Source of the DNA: Octopus bimaculoides
Lineage: Eukaryota
Direction: 5' to 3'
Length of the DNA: 64,000 nt
NCBI RefSeq assembly: GCF_001194135.2
Contig: NC_068996.1
Location: forward strand, 39,115,555-39,179,554
Shown: in pieces, positions 36,553 through 48,650 of the stretch
Layout of the letters: each line of letters begins with the position of its first letter
Position numbering within the stretch: the first letter of the stretch is position 1
Notes under the pieces: model-generated
What the model was told of the DNA's origin: nothing
The model's input: the letters and a program-made list of their open reading frames with translations, nothing else
Databases searched by the model: none
Position numbers and translations under genes: made by a program

Positions 36553-39500
36553 TGTGTCGATACTTATAAACAGTTTTTAGACAAGTGAAACATTTCAGTC
36601 GCAATGTCTTTTAAATCCCAAACTGACAATAGGCAAAAGTTTCATACTGTATTCCGAGGTCTAATTTGAGTTAATCAAAATGCTTAGAGAAGAATTAGCG
36701 GTAAGCTCAACCGGCTAGAAATAACAACTAATTTCCCTCTAAAATCACACCCACCGAATTTTTTTTTTCTAGAGGACATATTGGATATTGCAGTCTGGAT
36801 ATGAGCAATGTCAGGAAAGAGAGGATGGTTTTATGGCCTAAAAACCATTGGCGGCTATTTGTCGAAGGCTGACTTGGAGTTAAAAATCGAATACTACTAC
36901 TGAAAAATTAATAGATACAAAATCTTAGATATACACTAAATTTGCATTAGTCATATAGTACAAAATGACATTATGGTAATTATTCATTCCTTGGGATTCA
37001 TCAATGATAGAAATCGCAAAGGAAAGGCAAGAAGTGGTTTTGACGAAGTAATTAAATGTTTTATAATTTTCACAAAATCTAGTCCTACAAAATGGACACG
37101 GGATAGGGTTGTACAGAATTACACTGTTCTAGGAAATAAATAGTCAATGACTTTGATCACGGATGGGAATCGCAGGTCTGACCTGGGGCTAAACAACAAT
37201 TAATCTAATGACCTCTTTATTAGACCAATACAGAACTAAAAATAAATATTACTATCAAGTGATGCGTAGATTTATTCTATTGCCTCGTTAACATTATATG
37301 GCCCCGAAGTGTCTTTTTAAGAAATACATTGGTCAAAGAATTTGAGCCAGGTCTCTAAGTACGAGACTAATTAACCACCCCATGAGTGACGGATGTCAAT
37401 GTAGAAAGGTCAAAGGTCGCAGACTAAACTGCTGAAAAAAATAACACAAAAAATATTTTTGCAAACTTGTAAAAATATTCTTTTTGATTTTGATTGTTAA
37501 CAGGTCCATTCTTAACAGTCATTAGTTTCTTTCTGTATACTTTTTATATTACAAATTTAATGACCGCAAATGCTCTTGCCAGCGTACGACGAGTCAAGAG
37601 AAATAACATGGTGGATTAATTACATGACCCTAGCAAAAGCCCAATGAGCTCAATTCTATTTTTGAATCAATTTTAATTTTAATTCTTTTTTTTAAAATGA
37701 AACTTTAGTTAACACTTTTGGTGCCTTATTCAATTCTATGAATTGCAAAAAGGAAGAACAAAGAAATTTTTTAAAAAGAGAGAAAAAAATTAAAATTGCT
37801 TTCTAACGCGGTCGGTTGACCTGGGCAGAAATAACAATCTCCCTGATCTCAATACACACACACACATTCCTATTCATGAAAGAGGACAAAGTAATGAAAA
37901 GCCAGATAAAGCTAAGACTTGTAGTCACGCGGTCTGGATGCCCTTGATTATAATAAAATCTGCTCGATCAGGTTTGAAATATGGGTGGGGGGGAACGAAC
38001 AACATTCAAATATATGTGGGTGTGTGTGTAAAAATGTGAAGCCATGAACCATAATGATGAAAATTCTTTGTTATCCACCTAAATTATAACAGATTTATGC
38101 ACAATTAGTAATTCAATGTACAAAAAAAAAAAAAAAAGTTAACAGGCAAAGAAAGTTGGCCTTCATGTATATGAAAACATAATCAAATAAAATCAAGATA
38201 ACATGAAATATTTAAAATAAGTTTTACTGATAAATCAGGTGATTTTTAAGACAACATTTGAAATGGTTGTATTTCTTCAAAAGCAGTTTCAACAGAAAAT
38301 ACTTAAAACGATACATCTGCGCCTGATTGTTACAATATATTCTCTAAAGTGAAAAAAAAGTACATGTATAGTATTACTAATAATATATTAACNNNNNNNN
38401 NNNNNNNNNNNNNNNNNNNNNNNNNNNNNNNNNNNNNNNNNNNNNNNNNNNNNNNNNNNNNNNNNNNNNNNNNNNNNNNNNNNNNNNNNNNNNNNNNNNN
38501 NNNNNNNNNNNNNNNNNNNNNNNNNNNNNNNNNNNNNNNNNNNNNNNNNNNNNNNNNNNNNNNNNNNNNNNNNNNNNNNNNNNNNNNNNNNNNNNNNNNN
38601 NNNNNNNNNNNNNNNNNNNNNNNNNNNNNNNNNNNNNNNNNNNNNNNNNNNNNNNNNNNNNNNNNNNNNNNNNNNNNNNNNNNNNNNNNNNNNNNNNNNN
38701 NNNNNNNNNNNNNNNNNNNNNNNNNNNNNNNNNNNNNNNNNNNNNNNNNNNNNNNNNNNNNNNNNNNNNNNNNNNNNNNNNNNNNNNNNNNNNNNNNNNN
38801 NNNNNNNNNNNNNNNNNNNNNNNNNNNNNNNNNNNNNNNNNNNNNNNNNNNNNNNNNNNNNNNNNNNNNNNNNNNNNNNNNNNNNNNNNNNNNNNNNNNN
38901 NNNNNNNNNNNNNNNNNNNNNNNNNNNNNNNNNNNNNNNNNNNNNNNNNNNNNNNNNNNNNNNNNNNNNNNNNNNNNNNNNNNNNNNNNNNNNNNNNNNN
39001 NNNNNATATATATATATATATATATATAAAATCGTGGGGTATACATGTGTGTGTATAGCAAATTTGTGTAATATACATATATATATATATACATACATAT
39101 ACACACACACACATATATATATTATATACACACACATAATTACACATGTATATAACGTATACATAATGTGTATATCAATATACATATAATGGTGTATATT
39201 ATATATACATTTATATGTATATGTGTGTGTGTGTAAAATTGGGGATGCAAACAAAAAATAGCTCAGAACATGAGTATATATATATATATATTCCTTATTA
39301 ATAATTACATATACCCTCATGGGTGTATGTGTGTTAGAATTTTCAGTGTAATTAATTCAGTTTTTGCCTTTAAGTATTCTTTGTACATTTATGAAATTAC
39401 GTTCTCATTTACTTTGACCTTTAATAATTTATGAAATTTTTTTTCTTTTTTAATATGTGCTCAATTTATTTTACATCCTTGTTACTATTCATTCGCCCCC

Positions 39501-39694
39501 CCCCCCTTAAACTGATTATCAAAATCAGATTATAAATAAAGAAATGCTGATTGTTAATATGCTAATCTCACGTTTCTAGTTTCTATTACGGAAATCAAAT
39601 ATTTCAACATTCTTAGAATTTTACTCATACATTCATACACACGCACTTCGTCGTTGAGATCATAACGGGCTTGTTTAAATCATATACCGCAATA

Positions 39695-39890
39695 TCACTT
39701 CCCTTTGTTTAGCCCCTGGCCTGCTCTGATCGAGATCTTTGATCAAAGACAATCACTCATGACCATCCCATTTTTTTTATTACTCAGAACCACATTGTCC
39801 AATGACTTCTCTCTATTTTAAAATGTTGGAGTGTGATTTGAAGGAGACCTGACCGCAATTTTTAGCAGTTCGAACGACCGCGTTATGATT
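39695..39890 (-). mobile_element. Family H repeat; at least eight degenerate copies, e.g. 16585, 17865, 36745, 37130, 37800
   Basis: Shared GACCTGCTAGAAATAGCAG-like ...TCAAATCACAC...GGGCTAAACAAC blocks. Confidence 0.65.
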
Positions 39891-41949
39891 CGCTCCCTCG
39901 TGTTTTTCAGCTCTGATCGATCGTTCAAATTGGTAACTATCAAATGATTGGTAACAAGCTAACTACTGCTATAAAAGATAATTTATGTTCAGCTTATAAC
40001 AATAATTACTCATTAATTAGTCAATGGAGCTGGCAATTAGTGTTGATAAAGTAAACTGCTCCTTTCTCCAGGAAAGGAAAGATCTGGCTGCTGTTTCTAG
40101 TATGCCCTTCTACCACTTGACAGCTACTTGCAATAAAGGACCCACCGATATTTGACCCCTTTATCCGCTTTCGTTTCCGGAAAAAAGTGGCTTGCGGCGA
40201 GTTTGGAGGTCAGATACTCGAACAAAAACCCGTAGAAAAAAAAAATATTGCACACTGAGGTACGAATGGGTCCTTTACGAAATATTTACCTAATTATTTT
40301 AGTCATTCATGGAATGATTTATGTTCATTAAAACCTGGCCTAAATTCCGACTTGAGTAGCAGAAAAGAAAATCTTTCGCCGGAAAGATCTGGTATTAAAT
40401 TTTCAAGATTATAAATACACGAATTTCGTGTTCAAACACAAAACGAAACACTTTGGAACTGTATCCAATAAAGGAACATTTGATTATTTTGCTACTAGTA
40501 AAAATCGATTTAATCCTTTTCCTAATCCAGCAGTCTCTTATATTTTCACTTCTTCAAACGAATCCAATGCATTAATAATTGCCATTTAATATGATTTTTT
40601 CCCCCAATTGTAACTTTTTGCTGATTTTTAATTTTGCCAAAGATACAAAAGAAAAACCCCAACAACTTAATCCTTGGTTTTTGTATTCGAACTGGTAACA
40701 ATTTTTGTCTGTTTGATCTTGTAAGACCACATTGTAGAAGAGGAAATAAGTACGAAGGTTTATTGCACTAATGGATTAAGAGCATAAAAGAGATAGAGTA
40801 AAGTTCAAATAGTGGGCGATAACAAAAGAGGTCATTGAGAGGAAGAGAGTAACGAAGGGAGGGAAGAAAAAAGAGCTTCATTTAGAAATGATGAAATATT
40901 TTGAGAGAGGGGTGAAGGCGAGGAAAGAGGCGGGAAAAGGGTATGTGGAGATAAACAAAGATATCAAGCTTGAAATGGAGGGCATAATAATTGCGTCTTA
41001 AATGAAAACGTTTCTTCGTGTTGTGGAAATGCGTAGTTTATTAAATGAACTCGCATATATGATTTTGTTTTAGTTTGTTCACAAGATAGGGAACAGTTTG
41101 TTGTAATAGTACAAATTCAATTTAACTCGTGACTGGAGTGTTAAGATTAGGAATATTAATGCTCTCCATGAGAGTAAAAGAAACATTTTTCTGACAAGAA
41201 TTACTTTTGAAGTAACCGAGAGGAATGATGTTAGACTTATTTTTGTCAAGAATTGAATTATTTGAATCTTTAAGTAGGGTCTCTAAAATTGGTAAAAAAA
41301 ATGCTTTTCCTTTTATTTAAATATAAAGCTAGTTCAAACGTATTATGCATTAATATTGCTCATTTGTGGGAACATCTTAAATGAATAAATAAAACCAATT
41401 TAGCGATGTTGAGATTATAAAGAGATGCAAGAATGAGCGCGCCCAAACGTCTCCATTTATATGCCAATGAATAACTGCCGGATTGGACTTAATCCATCTA
41501 AACCGGAAGTGATCATCATGATTTCATCGAATTTACCGGCGCTCTAAAGATAGTCTTTCCGGTTTTTCTTTGCATCTTGGTGTCATTGGATTGTTCTTGC
41601 TCACGTTGTATTGACATTTCAACATCTTTGGATCTGTTTGTTAGTAACGCGATATATCACAACTGAAATTATGGGGAATTTGATCGATTTCCTTTGGTGC
41701 AACGGTCCTCCAGATTGGTGGGGTGGTCTTATATTTACAATTGGGCTGTTTCCTTTCGACCACTCAATGTCCGTAGAAACGAACATAGGATTTACTGTCG
41801 GGGGTTAAGCCGTCTAAGACAATTTTTCCCCCAGATTTGAGAGCCATCCGGGTAGTTTGGTGTTGACTATCGACGTTGAAAATAGGACCGTTGTCTTTCG
41901 TACGGCATCATTATAACAATACGAAAGAAGAACCTAATGGCATATTTTA

Positions 41950-42300
41950 TTTTGTACTTGTTTTTGTCATCGGACTGCGGCCATGCTGGGGCACTACCTT
42001 GAAGGGTTTAGTCGAACAAATCCACCTTAGTATTTCTTTTCTTTTCAAGCCTAGTAATTATTCTATCAATCCCATTTGCCGAACTGCTAAGTTACGGACG
42101 TAAACATACCAAAACCGGTTGTCGAGCGGTGGTGGTGGGGCAAACGCAAAGACACACATGCGCACATATTACAGATTTCTTTCAATTTCCATTTACCAAA
42201 TCCACTCACAAGGCTTTGGTCGACCCGGAGTTATAGTAGAAGACACTCAAAGTGTCATGCAGTGGGACTTGAATCCGGAACCGTGTGGTTGTTCCAACCA
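41950..42300 (-). mobile_element. SINE family A with CpGs retained
   Basis: GCGGCCATGCTGGGGCAC...GGTCGACCCGGAG. Confidence 0.8.
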
Positions 42301-42834
42301 TGTGGTCAGGATGAAACAAACGCCTTGCCTTTATAGCCCATGCCTGTGTCACATGGAGTGATTCTCATTAAACATCATTCTTACGTTTTTTGTAGCAGCT
42401 ATCTTGAACGATGGGCAAGTGTTTTTCTCCTCTATATAGGTCCATTTAAATATTCATGTAGAATGATATGGAGTTGGGCCATATTATTGTTCTTCAAAAA
42501 TGCATAACCTCCTTAAGATATAGATAATTGCGATCCACATTTTGAGGTGATTAAACTCAATTTAAATTTGTTTCAATTCAGAGCATGTTATGCATTCACT
42601 ATAAGCTTATTCATTTATTTTTTGCTTTCTGTTTTTGATCGCAAAGTGTTAATGGAAAATTAGCGATAACAATCAGTGTTAAAAAAAAGTCGGAATTTTG
42701 AAAAAAAATTACTTTCAAGAGTTGTGATTTCGAATTTTCAGCACAGGATTCTTTTACCAACTCTCAAAAAGAATAAAAAAAGTGTGCTGAATAGAGTAGG
42801 AAGGTTTGCGAAAACAGGAATTCAAAGAAGTATT

Positions 42835-43159
42835 GGCTATTTTTCGGTTTGACTCGACTTTTGTCAACAAATAACTTTCCGTGTTCAATTTCCGTGAACA
42901 CGTGTTGTCTTGTCAACTGTCAGTTAACGAAATGGGAAGAGAAAGCTAATGGGTTGTGTGTGCGTGCTTGTTCTGTATGCGCGCGTGCGCACACACACAC
43001 ACGCACACACACACACACACAGGATCGAGCTTGCACGCACGTACAACCGGTTAACTTTCTCTTCCCACTTCATCAACTGGCATTCGACAAGACAACACGT
43101 GTTCGTGGAAATTATCGAGTTTTTTGTTGACAAAATTCAAGTCAAATCGAAAGATAGCC
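42835..43159. mobile_element. Foldback MITE with about 140-bp imperfect arms around a (CA)n core
   Basis: GGCTAT...ATAGCC ends; the arms translate alike on opposite strands (TNTCCLVNCQLTKWEEKAN vs TNTCCLVECQLMKWEEKVN). Confidence 0.85.
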
Positions 43160-43454
43160 TAAATTTTTGATTCCTGATGTTATGCAGGAGCAACTGCTAA
43201 GAACATCAGCAGCTAAACCCAAGACCACTAGGTTGGGAGGAAAGCTTCTTAACCACAACTGCACTATGCTTAGGTTAGCTAAATCAAAGCTGACTTTCAA
43301 TCTTTGAGGATCACATTGCTGGGAATTATTTCCTATTTTGTGTCCTGCAAAGAATTATATATACATTATATATGAATTTATATGTGTGCATACATGTATG
43401 TATGTATATATATGTATATGTATATTTATATGTATATGTATATATATGTATATC

Positions 43455-43485
<31 letters not shown>

Positions 43486-43509
43486 ATATATATATTTATA
43501 TATGTATGT

Positions 43510-43830
43510 ATATGCTCTTTTACTTGTTTCAGCACCCCCTTTAGTCGAGCAAATCGACACCAGGACTTATTCTTTGAAAGCCTAGTACTTATTCTATCGT
43601 TCTCTTTTGCCAAACCGCTAAGTTACGGGGACGTAAACACACCAGCATCGGTTGTAAAGCGATGTTGCGAGGACAAACACAGACACACATACATATATAT
43701 ATGTATGTATACTATATATATATATGTATATATACTATAGCCTCAGGCCGACCAAAGGTGCCACGCAGTGGGACTGAACATGGAACCATGTGGTTCGTAA
43801 GCAAGCTACTTACCACACAGCCATTCCAAC
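43510..43830 (-). mobile_element. SINE family A, internally deleted
   Basis: Tail, microsatellite and head blocks present. Confidence 0.8.
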
Positions 43831-44444
43831 GCCTATATGTATATATATGTGTTGTTTGGAAGTAAAACACTCCTATTGGTTGTTTCCTAATGGCCTGTGC
43901 CACAATATAAGTGGACATACACAGAGAGCCCTAAGAGAGTAAATCCGAGAGTTGCGTATTGGCGAAGGTTTTTACCTGTATCTTGAATAGACAGATTTGC
44001 AGGAACATTATTATCCCATTATATTGTACATCAAACATGCGATACAACAATATGTATGTATGTATGTATATATATANNNNNNNNNNNNNNNNNNNNNNNN
44101 NNNNNNNNNNNNNNNNNNNNNNNNNNNNNNNNNNNNNNNNNNNNNNNNNNNNNNNNNNNNNNNNNNNNNNNNNNNNTATATATCTATATATAATATATAT
44201 GTGTATATATATGTATATATTCATATATATGTGTTTGTATATGTATGTATACATACACACACACACATATATATGCATGTGATCGTGTGCGTGTGTGTAC
44301 GGGCGCACACGCGGATGCGTGCATGTAGGTAATAGCGTTCTTTTTGCTAAAACTTTAAAAATTTTGTTCGGTTTTTGTAAATGTTAAATTTTTTCGCCAT
44401 GAACGGTTTGTTTTTAAACCAAATGTATTTTTCATGATGTTATA

Positions 44445-44527
44445 TTTCTTCCTGAAGATGTGTAAATAAATTTTGATTTATTAAGTCTCTTAATGAATTC
44501 TTTATACTGAAATATATATTGAAGAAG
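44445..44527 (+). ncRNA. Type I hammerhead ribozyme motif, probably in a Penelope-like terminal repeat
   Basis: Stem I TTTCTTC/GAAGAAG, CTGAAGA 44452-44458, stem II GTGTAAA/TTTATAC, GAAA 44509-44512, palindromic stem III ATATATAT, AUU cleavage triplet ending at 44520. Confidence 0.65.
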
Positions 44528-44939
44528 ATAAATATGTTCATTTGAATATATATGTTTTTGCGTCGTAACTCATTTATTATTATTTATATTTATATATATA
44601 TACATATATATATATAGATTGTTACGTAATTTATTTCTCTAACTACAGTTATCATATTCGGTTAAAATGTCTTATGGTTAAGCTGGTTCCCATGCATTTC
44701 CCTTAAGAGAAGATTACATTCTTATCAACATCACCTATTTCTATGGAAGGTATAATTTGTAATCTTCGAAACATATGTTGGAAATAAAAGTATTCAGTTA
44801 ACATATGCGTTTTACTCCATTTACTAAATCTATATATATATATATACACACATACATATATGCATGTATATATATATTAGAGGTAATACTTGATAATTGC
44901 AAGCACCTGTATATGCCAGATAGTGGCTGGATTGAATGA

Positions 44940-45335
44940 ATAAATTAAAACGTAAAAATAAAAACAGAACACAAAGGATTCCGCGGTACACATGTTTCAA
45001 GCTTTATACTCGTTGCATAATTATATTGGTATATAATTGATAGACAGGATGGTATAAAGCTATCTTCAGTCGCAAATATATTCTTTCCCAAGTATTATAT
45101 CACAAAGAAGAAGTCACCAAGAAAAAAGTAAGAGAGAAACATGAGAGATAAAAAGTGGGACTTCTTCTTTATGATATAATACTTGGGAAAGAATATATTT
45201 GCGGCTGAAGATAGCTTTATACCATCCTCTCTATCAATTATATACCACTATAATGATGCAACGACTATAAAGCTTGAAACACGTGTACCGCGGAATCCTT
45301 TGTGTTCTGTTTTAATTTTTACGTTTTTAATTTAT
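44940..45335. mobile_element. Long foldback element, about 176-bp arms with a 43-bp spacer
   Basis: 44940-45115 and 45159-45335 are reverse complements with only about ten scattered differences; (TA)n on the right flank. Confidence 0.9.
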
Positions 45336-46247
45336 GTATATATATATATATATAATAATACAAAGAATATATATGCATGTATACACACATATATGTACAT
45401 ACTTACATCTACATGTGTATATAGATGCATATCAGGGTATAGGAAGTTAGAACAATGAACTACAGACCACGGAACAAACACGTAGGAAAACAGATAGCCA
45501 CTTGGAATTAATCCTTCGTCAGCTGCCTCTATTCTAACTAGACGTTTCGAAGATCAGGCAGAACGTACTCTAGAATAGTCTCTTCCTGAGTAGTGGATCG
45601 ACCCACTAAACAGAGGATTCCAAGGTGGCAAACACAAACCAAGACAGGAAAAATTGGACAGTGAAAACAACATTAAAAAGCTGTACGGCCAAACACGAAT
45701 CTGATGTTGAACGCTAACAGTTCGTCTCGCCTTCATAGTGGCTGGAGTGAAAAGAGAGTTGACCACAGGTCACACGTGAGCAGAGAGGGAGGAAGTGGAA
45801 CAAGGAGGAAGAGAGAGATGTGTATAGCAGGACAACAGAAGGAAGCAGAGCGAGAGGGGGAGATGGGTAAGAAGAAAGATAGACAGATAGGTAACACAAG
45901 AAAAGCTTTCGCGCAGGTCTGTGTGTGTAATGCTAGCACGTGTATGTGCGTGTGTGTGGGGTTATGGCTGTTTATGTATGTGTGCGGTTGGACTAGTGTC
46001 AAGGTCGTAGGAAGAATTTATAGTAAGAATTTTGGTAGGAGTGGCTGTCTGTTGTGTGTCTCCCTACACATCTGCGTAGGAGAATGGTCAGCAGAAAGGT
46101 ATTTAACAGGTAGTATGAAGTATGTGTGCGTGTATGTATATATTGTGTGTGTCCATGTATGTATAATTGTATGAGTGTATATGGGAGATACGTGTGGGTT
46201 CATTTGCGTGTGTATATATATATATGTGCTTATATATATGTATTGTA

Positions 46248-46598
46248 GGTGCAGGAGTGGCTGTGTGGTAAGTGGCTTGCTTACCAACCACGTGGTTCTG
46301 GGTTCAGTCCCACTGTGTCTTCTACTATAGCCTTGGGCCGACCAAAGCCTTGTGAGTGGATTTGGTAGACGGAAACTGAAAGAAGCCCGTCGTATTCATG
46401 TTTGTGCGTGTTTGTCCCCCACCATCGCTTGACAACCGATGCTGGTGTGTTTACGTCCCCGTAATATAGCGGTTCGGCAAAAAGAGACCGATAGAATAAG
46501 TACTAGGCTTACAAAATATAACTCCTGGGTCGATTTGCTCGACTAAAGGCGGTGCTCCAGCATGGCCGCAGTCAAATAACTGAAGCAAGTAAAAGAAT
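46248..46598 (+). mobile_element. SINE family A, best-preserved copy (Octopus OK/OR-type tRNA SINE, name tentative)
   Basis: A-box TGGCTGTGTGGTAAG, B-box GGGTTCAGTCCC (46300-46311), tail ...GACTAAAGGCGGTGCTCCAGCATGGCCGCAGTC. Confidence 0.9.
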
Positions 46599-48650
46599 AG
46601 TATGTATATATTTATGTATATATGTATGTAGGTATATATGTGTATATATATATGTTTATATGTATGTTGTATATACGTCTATATGTATGCACATGCGTAT
46701 ATGTATTTATATACGTATGTAAATGTACATATTTATAAATTATATATACATGTATGTATATGTATATATATGTGTGTATGTTTATGTAAATATATGTATG
46801 TATATGTTTGTAAGTATGTGTATATATATAACGTGCGTGTGTGTCAAGTTGTTGGAGATTGATTAGTGATGGTGCCCAATTGTTTCACAATACCAAGTGA
46901 GAATGTGAAAAAAAGAACAAAAAAACACCTAATAGTCCCTTTTCTTCCCTCAATGCCTGCCCTGCTTTTGGATTTCACTTGCCAATAACGATGTCTTTTC
47001 TATTTTTGTGAAACTTGTATTTTGATTTAATTTTGCATGCATTTACTCAGCTCTGCAAATTAAGTAATCTTTACATTTCTTTCTTAGAAAATCATTCAAG
47101 GCTTAGAGAGACAACACTTGGTAATTGAACCATTACGACAGGTCGTGACCGTGCGCTAATTAACTCCCTTTATGCCCTCTGATCAACTTGTGTTGAGATC
47201 GATACTACCTTTCATCTTTCCAAGTCAATAAAATAAATACTTGTCTTGAGGGTCTGGCGTTGCAAGCTTTTGTCTTTGCTATTAACAGCAATAAATTAGT
47301 GTATTACTATTTTTAATTAACATTTTTCACTATTTAGTTGATATAGATTCTGGTAAGTTTTTAAAATTTCGAAGTTGTCGCCCTTATCTCTCTTGAATCA
47401 AAGATTGCTTCTTTCTCTTCACCATGAATTAAATTTTGAATAATAAAAATTTCTTGTCTCATACTAATTATTTTACCACCAGCGTTACGATTTAGTTTGC
47501 TTGGAGAGTGTGTTCTGGGGTATTTTCTCTTACTCCTTGTTAATCTATTCGAATATTTTTCAATTTTAAAAGAGTTCCTTTACATTATAAGAAATAAAAC
47601 AAAACAGGTGTTTTATTTTTGTAACTTATAAACCTGTTTAAAAGAAATAATATAGTATAAAAATAGCGTAACAAATGTAGCAAATCCCTATATACTTAGT
47701 CTTTTCTCTGCGAACAAAGACAGCTTTTAATGGAGATATAACTTATTGTTCAACAAGTCCAAACCAGTTTCATAAAACTTTGTAGCCAAATCCCTCGAAT
47801 GTGCTTTAAAAAATCCTAGGTTGTGCAATTCCTGATCCCTCTAGTATAAAACATCACCAAAACTATCAGGAGGATAAAGTTTCCTTTTAACGTACAACGA
47901 AATGAGTTTTGATATTCTCTGTAATTTAATATTTTAAATATGTAATTTTTGTTTTGCTTTCAAACATGTAAGTAGTTGTCTCCCTTAAATTAAAAATGAT
48001 AAAAGTATTTTTAATTTTACTGATTAACTTTAAATTTGAACCTGAAAAATGAAATTAGATTATATTTTGTGGTCAATTTTATCTTCCACATTTTGTAAAT
48101 TTTGGACAGAACATATCCTTATTTATTGTATTATATTATGAGTTTATTTTATATTTCATTGAAATATTAACAAATAATTTATATGCTGAAGTTTATTGAT
48201 CAATATAATTTTAAACAATTTTTTTTGTTTGTTTTCAGGTAACAACGGGTACTTCAAAAATTATGCTGCAGACTGCCCCATGCCCCCTGTTTAAAAAAAT
48301 TCTTGTGTTTTTATATGCCAAATATAACGGATGCCACCTATTTGGAGTACCAGTTTATCAGGAGTAATAAAATGGAATCTTTTATTGATAAATTTGTCAA
48401 TATTCTAATTTCAAATAATGGAATTAATTATTGGCATATTTTCGTTTGAGATTTCTATTTCCTTTTTTAAGGAGTTGGGAACGCCTGAACATTACCGTCC
48501 GGGCGACTATATCCTTTGAAATGAATACTAATCAGAAAATTCTTTTATTTTAGCTTTAAAAAAAAAAAGTAAAAAAAAAAATTACAAAAAAAAAAATACA
48601 GCAAAACAAATATGCATACACACAATAATTCTGACAAAATTCTCTTTCAG

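Noticed and set aside
45490-45560. Second hammerhead-like motif on the minus strand (CTGACGA-A-GGA...TCC; CGAAACGTC nearby)
   Set aside because: GAAA is broken (CCAAG) and stem I is out of register; at most a dead remnant
46248-46320. tRNA genes
   Set aside because: A/B boxes belong to SINE heads; no complete cloverleaf found
48239-48297. Candidate terminal exon NNGYFKNYAADCPMPPV* after a strong acceptor
   Set aside because: Too short, no upstream partner found, and CAG|GTAACA could equally be a donor
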